Positions 21,561 to 31,096 of a stretch of DNA of 64,000 nucleotides are shown here, piece by piece. A program made the translations under genes and the position numbers. Position 1 is the first letter of the stretch. Every line of letters starts with the position of its first letter. The notes under the pieces were generated by a model. The model was not told the DNA's origin, searched no databases, and saw only the letters and a list, made by a program, of their open reading frames with translations. Origin of the DNA: Candidatus Eiseniibacteriota bacterium (GTDB lineage Bacteria > Eisenbacteria > RBG-16-71-46); contig JBGAML010000002.1 of the NCBI GenBank assembly GCA_044223005.1, positions 273,868-337,867 of the forward strand. Direction: 5' to 3'.

Positions 21561-23726
21561 ATGGCTCCCCATCCCACTGCCGCCCGGCCGCGGTCCGTCG
21601 TGATGCAGGCACGACGACTCCCGCTCGCCGCACTCGCGCTCATGCTCGTGCCGATCGTCGCGCACGCGTACGACGCCCCCACGCACCAGGCCATGTCGAT
21701 CGTGGCCGTGCGTCGCGCCGACTGCAAGGTCGACGACTACCTGAAGAACGAGCTGCTCGTGCCGCAGGGCATCGAGACCACCGCCGGCAGCAACTCGTTC
21801 GTCGATCGGCTGCAGGATGGCGCGCGCGACGAGGACGAGCAGTCGACGCCGCGCCCGCGCAACCACTTCTACAACCCGATCACCGGGAACGGGCTCGACG
21901 ACATCTTCTCGGGCAACTCTTCGCTGCAGTGGGCGTGGGACCATCCGGACAACCAGCAGGACTGGCACGCCGCGCGCGACGCGTACTTCCGCTTCTTCAC
22001 CGCCGGCACCAAGGCCGAGCGCACGCAGGCGATGGGAGATGCGTTCTGGGACCTGGGCCACGTGATCCACCTGATCCAGGATCTCGGCCAGCCGCAACAC
22101 GTCCGCAACGACGCGCACATCACGCACTTTCCCGGCGCGCCTTTCGAGGACTACTGCAGCATTCGCTACCGCACACCCGAGACCGTGGGCTCGCTCGGCA
22201 CCGCGCCGATTCCGCAGCTGGTGCCCGGGCCCGGGCCGTTCGCGAACATCCCGAACAGCTTCTCGGGCTTCTGGGATTCGGGCCAGTACCGCGGCCAGGA
22301 CGACTTCGCCGGCTTCACGCTGGCCCCCGGCCTCGCCGAGTACTCGAACGCGTACTTCATCACCGACGACACCATGTTCGGCACGTTCCAGCTGGGCGTG
22401 CTGCCGCGCGCGGGCATGCCGCCGCTGCAGGTGCGGCTGCGGACGCCGTTCTTCTCGACCAACCACTCGACGAGCGCCAACCATCGCTTCAACGGCCCGC
22501 GGCTCGCCGACACGGACCTCGCGAGCTTCTACCCGGCCACGACGAGCAGCGTGACCGTCTACCGCGGCGGCGAAGGCACCACGGGCGCCACGCACTACCT
22601 GACGCTCAACACGCGCGGCCCCGGCGGCGCCATCATCCACACCACGCGCAACATCTGCCTGCTGAACGGCGACAACTACATCGGCTTCGACGACAACACC
22701 TACCAGGCGTACGCCGAGCAGCTGGTGCCGATGGCCGTCAGCTATTCCGCGGGCCTGCTCAACTACTTCTTCCGCGGCAAGCTCGACATCGAGGTGCGCT
22801 GGATCGAGGCGCAGCAGCAGTACCAGATCACGGTCACCAACCGCTCCGGTGCCGATCTCGGCGCGGGCCAGTGGTCGCTCTACCAGGACGACGGCAGCGA
22901 CAACCGCAGCTCGGTCGGCGCCTCGTTCAACTATCCCGGCACGCTCGCCGACGGCGGCAGCTTCACCGGCACGTTCGCCGCGGCCGAACGAAGCGGCGGC
23001 TACACGCTGGTCTTCCACGGCACGCTGGGCGACGAGAAGGACTGGGCCGTGGTCGGCAAGCGCTTCGAACTCGTGCGCGTGCTGATCACGTGGGATCCGA
23101 AGTCGGACCAGGACCTCTACATGTGGGGCCCCGACGGCTCGCTGATCGGCTACTACAGCAAGGTGAGCTCGTACGGCGAACTCGACAACGACAACATCGG
23201 CGGCACCGGGCCCGAGAACATCACGCTCAAGGACATGCGTGAGGGCAACTACCAGTTCATGATCGATTACTACCGGGACTGGTGGAAGGAGTACTACTAC
23301 GACCAGCCCTCGAACACGTGCATCCCGTACGACACGCCGATCAACTACCCGGAGGACTACGGGTACGATCCGTGTTTCGAGCCCACGCCGATCACGGTGA
23401 CGGTGAAGACGTATCACAACGCCGCCTCGCCGGTGCGCACGCAGACCTTCACCGCGGTGTGGCCCGACTACGGCTACTACCTGCCCGGCTCCGGCCTGGG
23501 TGAGGGGCAGTTGGACGACGCGTGGGCCGTGGTGCAGACGGTCACGGTCGACGCCGATCGCAACGTGACGATCACCGGCACCACGCCGCAGACCGCGCCG
23601 CCGCCGGCGACGCGTCCGTACGTGCGCGCCGTGGCCGCGTCACCGCCACCGTCCAAGGCCGGTGTGCCCACGACGGTGAACCTGACCAGCAAAGCCATGG
23701 CCGCGAAGCCGACGGGGGTGAAGTGA
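21561..23726 (+). CDS. Secreted protein with Zn-dependent PLC/S1-P1-like N-domain and YfaP/DUF2135-like C-domain
   Basis: GGAGG RBS; AYDAPTH, NHFYNP, LGHVIHLIQDLGQPQHVRND; ITWDPKSDQDLYMWGPDG...LDNDNIGGTGPENITL. Confidence 0.6.
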   Translation: MAPHPTAARPRSVVMQARRLPLAALALMLVPIVAHAYDAPTHQAMSIVAVRRADCKVDDYLKNELLVPQGIETTAGSNSFVDRLQDGARDEDEQSTPRPRNHFYNPITGNGLDDIFSGNSSLQWAWDHPDNQQDWHAARDAYFRFFTAGTKAERTQAMGDAFWDLGHVIHLIQDLGQPQHVRNDAHITHFPGAPFEDYCSIRYRTPETVGSLGTAPIPQLVPGPGPFANIPNSFSGFWDSGQYRGQDDFAGFTLAPGLAEYSNAYFITDDTMFGTFQLGVLPRAGMPPLQVRLRTPFFSTNHSTSANHRFNGPRLADTDLASFYPATTSSVTVYRGGEGTTGATHYLTLNTRGPGGAIIHTTRNICLLNGDNYIGFDDNTYQAYAEQLVPMAVSYSAGLLNYFFRGKLDIEVRWIEAQQQYQITVTNRSGADLGAGQWSLYQDDGSDNRSSVGASFNYPGTLADGGSFTGTFAAAERSGGYTLVFHGTLGDEKDWAVVGKRFELVRVLITWDPKSDQDLYMWGPDGSLIGYYSKVSSYGELDNDNIGGTGPENITLKDMREGNYQFMIDYYRDWWKEYYYDQPSNTCIPYDTPINYPEDYGYDPCFEPTPITVTVKTYHNAASPVRTQTFTAVWPDYGYYLPGSGLGEGQLDDAWAVVQTVTVDADRNVTITGTTPQTAPPPATRPYVRAVAASPPPSKAGVPTTVNLTSKAMAAKPTGVK

Positions 23727-25504
23727 TGAACGCCCTGAATCGCTTCTTCCGCGCCGCCACCGATGTGCGCCGCAGCTCGTGGCTGCTCGCCTCGGTGGTC
23801 GTGGTGCTCACGGTGACGCTCGCCGTCGTCGCGAACGCCGCCAACTTCGCCATGACGCTCGCCACCCCGAACCAGACCGCACCTCCCGGCGGCAACGCCC
23901 TCTACACGGGCAGCATCGTCAACACCTCCGGGCACGCGATCACGCTCGACATCCAGGTCGAGTTCCTGACCAGTCCCGAATCCGAACTCTGGACGCTCGA
24001 TCTCGCGCCCGAGTTCCTCGCGCTGCAGTTGGAGCTTCCCCCGGGCGGCTACAGTGGGCCGCTCTTCACCGCCGGTTGGGACCCCTCGCTCACCGGCGGG
24101 CTCTACGGCGTCGGCCGGCTCGTGCTGACCGATGCGAACGGAGTGGACGGCGTCGCCGCGGCGTCGTTCACGCTGAGCACGCCGGGCGCGGGGCCGTTCT
24201 GCACGAGCCAGGTGAACTTCCGCGGGCTCGAGAACTCGGTCGGGATCCTCGACTCGCTGGACCACCCGATCGTCGCCAGCGCGAATCCCGTGAACGGCAG
24301 CGTGTCGGTGGGCACCACCGACGGCCACTTCTGGAAGACCGCGCTGATCGCGAAGAACGTGGGCTCGCACGCTTCGCCGTCACTGGTGGTGGACGCGTTC
24401 CAGGCGCCGCACGTCGCCTACTACGACGAAGTGGCGGGCAGGCTCGTGCACGCGACCAACCCCGGCACCGGCTGGGTGAACGAGACGATCGACAACGCCT
24501 CGGGCGCGGGACGCTCGCCGTCGCTGGCGATCGACCAGCTGGGCCAGCTGCACGTGAGCTACTACGACTCGGCGAAGCGGCAGCTGCGCTACGCCGCGCG
24601 CAGCAACGGCTCGTGGACGCCCGAGGTGGTGGACACGCTGCCCGGCGCTGGCGTGCGTTCGGCGCTGGCCACGGACGAGATCGGGCAGCCGTACATCGCC
24701 TACTACTCCGCCGACGAAGGCAAGCTGCGCCTGGCGCACCGTGCCGGCAACGGCTGGACGACCGAGGTGGTGGACGGCACCGGGCACACCGGCCTGGCGC
24801 CGTCGCTGCGCTACCACACCGGCACGTTCTGGGTGTCGTACGGCGACTCGACGCCCGGCCACCACGCGCTGCGAATGGCGAGTGGTGTACCCGGCGCGTG
24901 GAGCGCGGCCACGGTGGATTCGGGCGGGGATTGCGGATCGGCGTCGGTGATGACGCTGGACGGCTTCGACAATCCGCGCATCGGCTACTGGGATGCCGCG
25001 ACGCAGACGCTGCGCTACGCGAGCAAGACCGGCCCCGTGTGGATCCTGGAGGACGTGGCCGCCAACTCGGCCGGTGCGATCTCGCTGGCGCGCGGCACGC
25101 ACGACGAGCCCGTGTTCAGCTTCGCCGGCAGCACCGACGGCCTGATCCACCTGAGCACGGTGGGCCAGTGCCCCGTCACGATTCCGCTGTTCGGCGAGCC
25201 CACCGGCACCGACGCCACGCTGCCCACGGAGTTCGCGGTGATGGCCGCGCGCCCCAACCCGTTCCGGAGCACGAGCGTGATCACGTTCGCGAGCCCCGTG
25301 CGGGCCGAAGGCTGGGTGCGCGTCTACGACGCCGCCGGCCGCGTGGTGGCCGAACCCCTGCACCGCTTCATCGAGGCCGGCATGACGCAGGTCACGTGGG
25401 ACGGCGCGGACCGGTCGGGTCGCAAGCTGCCCGCGGGCACGTACCTCGTACAGGTGCGAGTCGGCGCGAACGTGAAGTCGGCACGGGTGACGCTGATTCG
25501 GTGA
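23726..25504 (+). CDS. Secreted beta-propeller repeat protein with FlgD-Ig/CTD-like tail
   Basis: TGATG overlap; repeats SL.D..G.PH..YYD....LRYA....W..E.VD; PNPF...YDAAGR...WDG. Confidence 0.75.
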   Translation: MNALNRFFRAATDVRRSSWLLASVVVVLTVTLAVVANAANFAMTLATPNQTAPPGGNALYTGSIVNTSGHAITLDIQVEFLTSPESELWTLDLAPEFLALQLELPPGGYSGPLFTAGWDPSLTGGLYGVGRLVLTDANGVDGVAAASFTLSTPGAGPFCTSQVNFRGLENSVGILDSLDHPIVASANPVNGSVSVGTTDGHFWKTALIAKNVGSHASPSLVVDAFQAPHVAYYDEVAGRLVHATNPGTGWVNETIDNASGAGRSPSLAIDQLGQLHVSYYDSAKRQLRYAARSNGSWTPEVVDTLPGAGVRSALATDEIGQPYIAYYSADEGKLRLAHRAGNGWTTEVVDGTGHTGLAPSLRYHTGTFWVSYGDSTPGHHALRMASGVPGAWSAATVDSGGDCGSASVMTLDGFDNPRIGYWDAATQTLRYASKTGPVWILEDVAANSAGAISLARGTHDEPVFSFAGSTDGLIHLSTVGQCPVTIPLFGEPTGTDATLPTEFAVMAARPNPFRSTSVITFASPVRAEGWVRVYDAAGRVVAEPLHRFIEAGMTQVTWDGADRSGRKLPAGTYLVQVRVGANVKSARVTLIR

Positions 25505-25533
25505 CGCTCTCGCTGTAGGAGAGGAGAGGCAGA

Positions 25534-25582
25534 GACGCCCGCGCGGCGGTCCGGAAGTCCGGGCCGCCGCGCGGGGGCGTTT
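25534..25582 (+). terminator. GC-rich hairpin at the left edge of the A/T-richer island
   Basis: GCGCGGCGGTCCGGA-AG-TCCGGGCCGCCGCGC stem, extended and followed by TTT. Confidence 0.55.
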
Positions 25583-26072
25583 GGGCCCAAACCCAAGCCG
25601 GTAGGATAGTGCGTCGCACCGTCACCCACCCGCTGTTGGGCGTCCTTATCATCTTCGGGTAGAGTCCCCGCGGCACTGCCAACTACTCCAACGGCCGCCC
25701 GATCTCGCGATGCTCCCAAGACTCAGGGCGATCATTCATACGACCCCGAGGATTTCGGTCGCATGTCGCCCCCAGTCACGGATGGCCGCAAGCCCAAAGG
25801 GCCTATTCGCCCCAAGCCAGCCGCAGCGATGGTCGCCCCCGGCGGCGTCGAGCGAAAATGTCGCCGCGTTGGCTTCATGATTTGGTCGTCTGACGCGGTC
25901 TCCAATCGACCGCCTCGTGGCCATGAGAGGCACCTTCTGGAGGCGGGGCAGATCTTGCCAGTGTGCAGGGGCGACGGGGCATCGCAAACGCAAGGTAGCG
26001 CTACATTGCCATGCGGCGGTGGGCAAACGGGCTCCGCTCGACTTCCCGGCGGCCCTACGCGGAGGCGTCGCC

Positions 26073-28187
26073 ATGCCCCCGTCCTCTGATGTGCTGCTCG
26101 ACCTCATTGTCGATGCGATAAGGCGAGTGAGGTCAATACGCCAAGATTCGCCCATTGTCTGGCTCGTGATCCCCGTGCTTGCCTGGCTGTTTGATGCACA
26201 GGGCCTCTTTTCAAATCTTCTGAGTGTAATGGAAAACAAGAGGCAAGCCCGAGCTGCGCGAACACTTCTAGCTCACATATACACTGCCGACGATATCGAT
26301 CGCTATACACGACATTATGTCAAACAGCACTATCTGCAGCACGCACCAACGCACTATGACGAGCCACGCGATGCGCGCCAAGGCGTCAAGGGGGAGCTGT
26401 TCGAATACGTGGATCGCTTTGTGACATCGAAGCAACCAGACGCCAAATTTCTGATGATCTTGGCAGACAGTGGCACCGGCAAGTCGTCATTCTGCATAAA
26501 CTATGTCGTCAAGCGCTCGAGACGTCCTCGCCCTGGATGCAAGTGGATATTGGATTCGCTCGGCGACCCCAAATGTCTCGATCGGGTTCAGGGTGTCGCC
26601 GAGCCGGAGAACGCCATTCTGGTCCTTGATGGTCTGGACGAGGATCCCGCGGCACTCGGCCGATTCCTGGAGCGGTGGGCGGAGATCGAACGGGCCACCA
26701 TTCGCTTCCGCCGTGTCGTGGTCACCTGCCGACTACAATTCATTACGACGGGTTCCCAGTTGCCTCATAGGTCGATTGTGGTTCGTCGTGCTGGCCCTCA
26801 GGCACTGGACGATGACCGTAGGTTCTCAGTCGACCACGTGTATATCTCGCCGCTCAGAGACAGGCAAATCAAGCAGTTCATAGACATGAGCGTACCGTTC
26901 TGGCGAAGGAGGGAGCGCAGCGGCGCGATGCGCCTGGTGAAGGCTATCCCACTGCTTAGCGTGCGCCCTATGTTGCTTGGCTATCTGCCGCACCTCGCCA
27001 AACAAGATCCTGACAGAAAATGGAGTACAACGGAGTTGTATAGAGAGTGTATTGAGCAGTGGCTTGCGCGAGAAGTCGATGCAGATGATGCGGAATCCGC
27101 CGAGAGAAAGCGGCGCCAGTTGTTGGAGCTATCCATGCAGATTGCAGTGAGTATGTGCGTGCCATCGCACGGCTTGTCCTACCGGGCGGTTGACATAGCG
27201 ACGACGCCGGCAGATGGCGGTACTCCGATTCCAACTGATGCAGACGCTGCGGGCGGCCAAAGGGCTGCTCACGCGCTGGAGATGCCGCTCAGAGATGTTG
27301 GTCGTAGTCTGTTGGTGCCCGCGAGCGGTGGTGGATTCAAGTTCGCGCATCGCTCGTTTGCCGAGTATTTTGTTGTAGAGGCCGCGCTTTCCGGCGAGCG
27401 GAGGGCGTGGGGGCAAATGAGCGACATGATGAGACTGTTCTTGAGTGAGCGTCTCGAAGCCTATTGGCCTGAGTTGTCGCGTGGCGTGAGGCTTCAAGGA
27501 ACTGCGTGGACCCTGGGAGGCGTGGCCGACAATGCAAAGCTGGACATAGTCGTGCCTGAAGATGCGCGCTACGTACTGCTAAGTAGGCTGCTGGAGTGTG
27601 CAGATGCGCTCGGAAGGGCTCATGAGCAATATTATTCCAGCATAAGATTTGCGTGGGGTGACGAGAAGGTGCGCGGGACAGCAGACAATGCGGTGCAGGG
27701 CGGGGCGGTGAGTATCAGCGGGCGGGCAATCGGAAGCGACTGGTATAGATTCGAGGAAGAGGCGAGCCCTCGCAATGGAAATGAGCCGACATTCTGGGTG
27801 GATGTGCTGCCACCGCGATGTGAATATGGCTCTGGTACGTTCCAAGTTGGTTGGAACTCTGCGGGTCGTGTGCGACGTGCAATGTTGTATGAGTCCGAGG
27901 TGGAGTTGCTTGTATCGGGGAGTCAGAAGACGGCAAAGCGTGAGGTGGTTAGGTGGCGGCGAGTAGGGGTCGCTGAACTCTTGTGCAGTAATGCTCTGGT
28001 GTTTGGCGCGTTGCGCGAGAGAACTGCGGCGGGGATGGCGAGCTTCGAGGCCGGAACATTGCGATTCAAGGTGCGAGGCACGGGGCAGGCGGTCGTCATG
28101 AAGGGCGCAACATGCGAAGGTATGGTGTGGGATCCCAGTTCGGGGTCGTATGAGATTCAGCTGTCGGACCCTTCCCACGCCGAGTGA
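26073..28187 (+). CDS. NACHT-family (STAND) NTPase with N-terminal hydrophobic segment and unrecognised C-terminal domain
   Basis: GGAGG RBS; Walker A ADSGTGKS, Walker B ILVLDGLDE, VVVTCR, RPMLL, FKFAHRSFAEYF; atypical codon usage. Confidence 0.8.
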   Translation: MPPSSDVLLDLIVDAIRRVRSIRQDSPIVWLVIPVLAWLFDAQGLFSNLLSVMENKRQARAARTLLAHIYTADDIDRYTRHYVKQHYLQHAPTHYDEPRDARQGVKGELFEYVDRFVTSKQPDAKFLMILADSGTGKSSFCINYVVKRSRRPRPGCKWILDSLGDPKCLDRVQGVAEPENAILVLDGLDEDPAALGRFLERWAEIERATIRFRRVVVTCRLQFITTGSQLPHRSIVVRRAGPQALDDDRRFSVDHVYISPLRDRQIKQFIDMSVPFWRRRERSGAMRLVKAIPLLSVRPMLLGYLPHLAKQDPDRKWSTTELYRECIEQWLAREVDADDAESAERKRRQLLELSMQIAVSMCVPSHGLSYRAVDIATTPADGGTPIPTDADAAGGQRAAHALEMPLRDVGRSLLVPASGGGFKFAHRSFAEYFVVEAALSGERRAWGQMSDMMRLFLSERLEAYWPELSRGVRLQGTAWTLGGVADNAKLDIVVPEDARYVLLSRLLECADALGRAHEQYYSSIRFAWGDEKVRGTADNAVQGGAVSISGRAIGSDWYRFEEEASPRNGNEPTFWVDVLPPRCEYGSGTFQVGWNSAGRVRRAMLYESEVELLVSGSQKTAKREVVRWRRVGVAELLCSNALVFGALRERTAAGMASFEAGTLRFKVRGTGQAVVMKGATCEGMVWDPSSGSYEIQLSDPSHAE

Positions 28188-28202
28188 GGACGCGAGTGAG
28201 CG

Positions 28203-28493
28203 TGACCCGATCTCGTGGACACCTTTCGAAAGGGGTCTACGATGTCCAGCATGTCCAAGAACGGTGGTCGCCGCCAGCGGCGAGTGTTCAGTGTGGAGTT
28301 CATGGCGGGCGTGGCGGCAGCTGTCGATACGTTGCTGGGCGTAACAGTGCGCGACCTTCGCGCGAGCGTTCTGCACGAGAACGACACTGCCGAATGTGAG
28401 CTCGCTGCAGTTCGGCGGCTTGATGACAGCTACTCGAGTCTTCGACGAGAAATCGACCGCGCGACAGGAATCGGCCAACTGATGCCGAAGTAA
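28203..28493 (+). mobile_element. Probable degenerate IS3-family left end with truncated orfA
   Basis: TGACCCGATCTCGTGGACACC-like end, then an ORF from 28242 beginning ...RRQRRVFSVEF, like IS3 OrfA N-termini; no orfB. Confidence 0.35.
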
Positions 28494-28534
28494 GCGCGGA
28501 CTCGGCTTCAGGTATCTTCGAACCCGCCTTCGCT

Positions 28535-30331
28535 CTAATTCCTCAGCGTCACCTGCCGCACCCAGACGCCCCGCACGCCCTGCTCCTGGCCGGCCAGTGC
28601 TCGGAACTTGCCGAACACCTCCGTGCCGCGTGATGCGCTGCCAGCCGACACCGGCAGGTCCGCGACGCCGCCGACGCCTCGCAGCTTGTCCAGCGGGGCG
28701 GCGCCGACGCGGGCGTAGCTGATCGGGCGGTCGGGCGAGACCGCGGGCAGCGTTGCGAGCTCGGCTTCGAGTTCGGGGACGGGTTGTGGGCTCGCCACCA
28801 CGAGGAAATGCTCGTGGCCGCCGCGGCTGGTCACGACCCAGCCGCTTTCCTTGCCGGCGCGCGTGCCGGGCATTCGCACCGTGGCGCCGGCGGCGATCGG
28901 GTTCTTCTGGTCGAACAGTGGTTGCGGGAACAGCAGGTACGATTCGCCCTTGTCGTCGGCGTTGAGCACGTAGACGTACGCGGGCTGGCTCGCGCGGAAC
29001 TCCAGCAGCAGCCGATCTCCGGGCTTCACGGCGTCGCCGTCCACCAGCGCGGTGGTCGAGCCGGCGTCGCCTCGCATCAGCGTCGCGCTCACGTCGTATG
29101 CGACCGGCGCCACTGCCGCAAGCGAAGGTGCGGGCGTCGGCACCTCCGTCGTCCGCGGCCGCAGGCGCGGCCACGCGAGCAGCGCGGCGACGGCGACCAC
29201 CGCCCCGATCGCCAGCGGCAGCGCGAGCTGGCCGCGTCGCGACGCGGTTACCGCGCGCGCGCCGCCCATCGTCCCGGCCGCGCTGCCCGCGACGGTCGCG
29301 TCACGCGCTGCCGCGCCCGCGTCGCGCGCGCCGACCGCCCCGGCGCCCGCATCCGCCACGCACGCCTCCAGCGCCGCGCGCGCGTCGGTCGCGCTCGCGA
29401 ACCGCGCCGCCGGAGCTGCCGCCATCAGCCGCTCGATCGCGGCGACCAGCGCTGGCGGCGCACCCGGGGCGTCGGCGGCCAGCGCCACCGCGGGCCCCGC
29501 GGCGGCCTCCGCACGTAACGCCTCCAAAGAAGAAGCCGCGAACGGCGCGCGCCCGGTCAGCGCGCGCCGCAGCGTGACGCCGAGCGCGTACAAGTCATCC
29601 GAAGCGCACGCGACAGCGCCAAGAAGCCGCGCGGGCGACATGTACGCGGGAGTGCCCGAAAACGGCCGCGCAAGCCCGGCAGCAGAACCCGCATGCTCCC
29701 CGAGCCCGAAGTCGACGAGCACGAAGTGGCCGTCGTCGGTGGCGATCACGTTCGCGGGCTTCACGTCGCGGTGCAGCGCTCCGGCGCCGTGCACGGCGGC
29801 CAGCGCGCGCGCCATCTCGGCGCCCAACTGCGCCACGCGCGCGGGCGCGAGTGCTCCCATGCCGAGCAGCACTTCGAGCGAGGGGCCGCGCAGGTACTCC
29901 ATCCAGAACCCGGCGCGGCCGTCGTGTTCGGCGGCGCCGTGCACGGTGACCACGTGCGGATCGCGCACCCGCGCCAGCGCGCGTGCTTCGTCGAGCATGG
30001 TGCCGACGGGCGCTCCGGTGCGTGCGAGCTTCAAGGCGACCTCGCGCCGCAGCGAGGGGTCCCAGGCGCGATACACGCTGCCGTCGGCGCCTTCGCCGGC
30101 CTTCTCCAGCAGCAGCAGCTCGCCCCAGCGGCCGCCCTCGAACAGGCCGCCGTCGTCGGCGCCGTGCTGCAGCGAGCGGTGAAAGTCGGCGACGCGCGAG
30201 AGGTCGTGCAGCGTCCGCACGTGCTCGCGCTGCTTCGCGTCGGCGGCGCCTTCGGCGCGCGCCCAGTCGGTGGGCTCACCGTTGGCGATCGACTCGAGCA
30301 GTTCCTGCAGTGCGCGTTCGTCAGGCGTCAT
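28535..30331 (-). CDS. Membrane Ser/Thr protein kinase with C-terminal extracytoplasmic DUF4384-like domain
   Basis: VALK, HRDVKPAN, DFG, GTPAYMSP; TM LALPLAIGAVVAVAALLAW; PGDRLLLEFRASQPAYVYVLN...LLFP. Confidence 0.9.
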   Translation of the reverse strand: MTPDERALQELLESIANGEPTDWARAEGAADAKQREHVRTLHDLSRVADFHRSLQHGADDGGLFEGGRWGELLLLEKAGEGADGSVYRAWDPSLRREVALKLARTGAPVGTMLDEARALARVRDPHVVTVHGAAEHDGRAGFWMEYLRGPSLEVLLGMGALAPARVAQLGAEMARALAAVHGAGALHRDVKPANVIATDDGHFVLVDFGLGEHAGSAAGLARPFSGTPAYMSPARLLGAVACASDDLYALGVTLRRALTGRAPFAASSLEALRAEAAAGPAVALAADAPGAPPALVAAIERLMAAAPAARFASATDARAALEACVADAGAGAVGARDAGAAARDATVAGSAAGTMGGARAVTASRRGQLALPLAIGAVVAVAALLAWPRLRPRTTEVPTPAPSLAAVAPVAYDVSATLMRGDAGSTTALVDGDAVKPGDRLLLEFRASQPAYVYVLNADDKGESYLLFPQPLFDQKNPIAAGATVRMPGTRAGKESGWVVTSRGGHEHFLVVASPQPVPELEAELATLPAVSPDRPISYARVGAAPLDKLRGVGGVADLPVSAGSASRGTEVFGKFRALAGQEQGVRGVWVRQVTLRN

Positions 30332-30923
30332 GTCGCATCGCCTCCGCCAGTCGTCCGAGCGCGCGCGTCACGGCCATGCGCACGGCATCCCTGCTGTCGC
30401 GTCCGGTCATCACGCGGATCTCCTCGTAGTTCCAGTCGAGCTCCACCTTGAGGTGGAGCAGGTGCTGGTCCTCGGGCGAGAGCGTCGTGAACGCGCGTTC
30501 GTATCGCTGCGCGAGGTCGGCGCCGATCGCCAGTTCCAGCGGCGAGGGCCCGGCATCGGGGAGCGAGTCGGGCACTTCACCGGGTCCGGGACGCCGGTCG
30601 GCGTATCGGATCCCATCCCGAATACGATTGAGCACGGCGGAACGAACGTAGGCCTCGAACCCGCCGGGGCCGCGCAGTTCGACCCGGTCCAGGTTCTCGA
30701 ACGTCCGCAGCAACGTCTCCTGCACCAGGTCGACGGTGTCGAACAGGCTCCGCGCGCGCGCCGGGATCCGGCCGCTGGCCCAGCGGCGCAGGCGCGGCAA
30801 GTAACGCGCGGCCAGCGACTCCAGCGCATTGCGGTCGCCGTCCTTGGCGCGGCGCAGCAAGCTGGTCGTCGACTCGAGCGCGTCGCCCGGCGAGGGCGGC
30901 AATGGAGCGGATGGAGGGCTCAT
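30321..30923 (-). CDS. ECF sigma-70 factor coupled to the kinase
   Basis: LLRRAKDGDRNALESL, DLVQETL, region 4 WNYEEI...AVRMAVTRALGRL; overlaps the kinase start. Confidence 0.9.
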   Translation of the reverse strand: MSPPSAPLPPSPGDALESTTSLLRRAKDGDRNALESLAARYLPRLRRWASGRIPARARSLFDTVDLVQETLLRTFENLDRVELRGPGGFEAYVRSAVLNRIRDGIRYADRRPGPGEVPDSLPDAGPSPLELAIGADLAQRYERAFTTLSPEDQHLLHLKVELDWNYEEIRVMTGRDSRDAVRMAVTRALGRLAEAMRHDA

Positions 30924-31096
30924 GGCGTCTCGGGGTCCCGGGGTGCTTCCGGCTGGCCGTTCATTGTAGAGGGCGCCACGCCTTGCTGCGAAGAACTGAT
31001 CGCGAGCCGGGCCTTGCCAGTGCTAGCTTGCCCGGATTCGCCGCCCGGGCCGGCGTTTCCCGGCAGGCCCGATCATTCCCCGGAGGACCGCCCGTG

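Noticed and set aside
25583..26072. tRNA or ncRNA at the island boundary
   Set aside because: No cloverleaf, T-loop or CCA end recognisable by eye; a covariance-model search would be needed.
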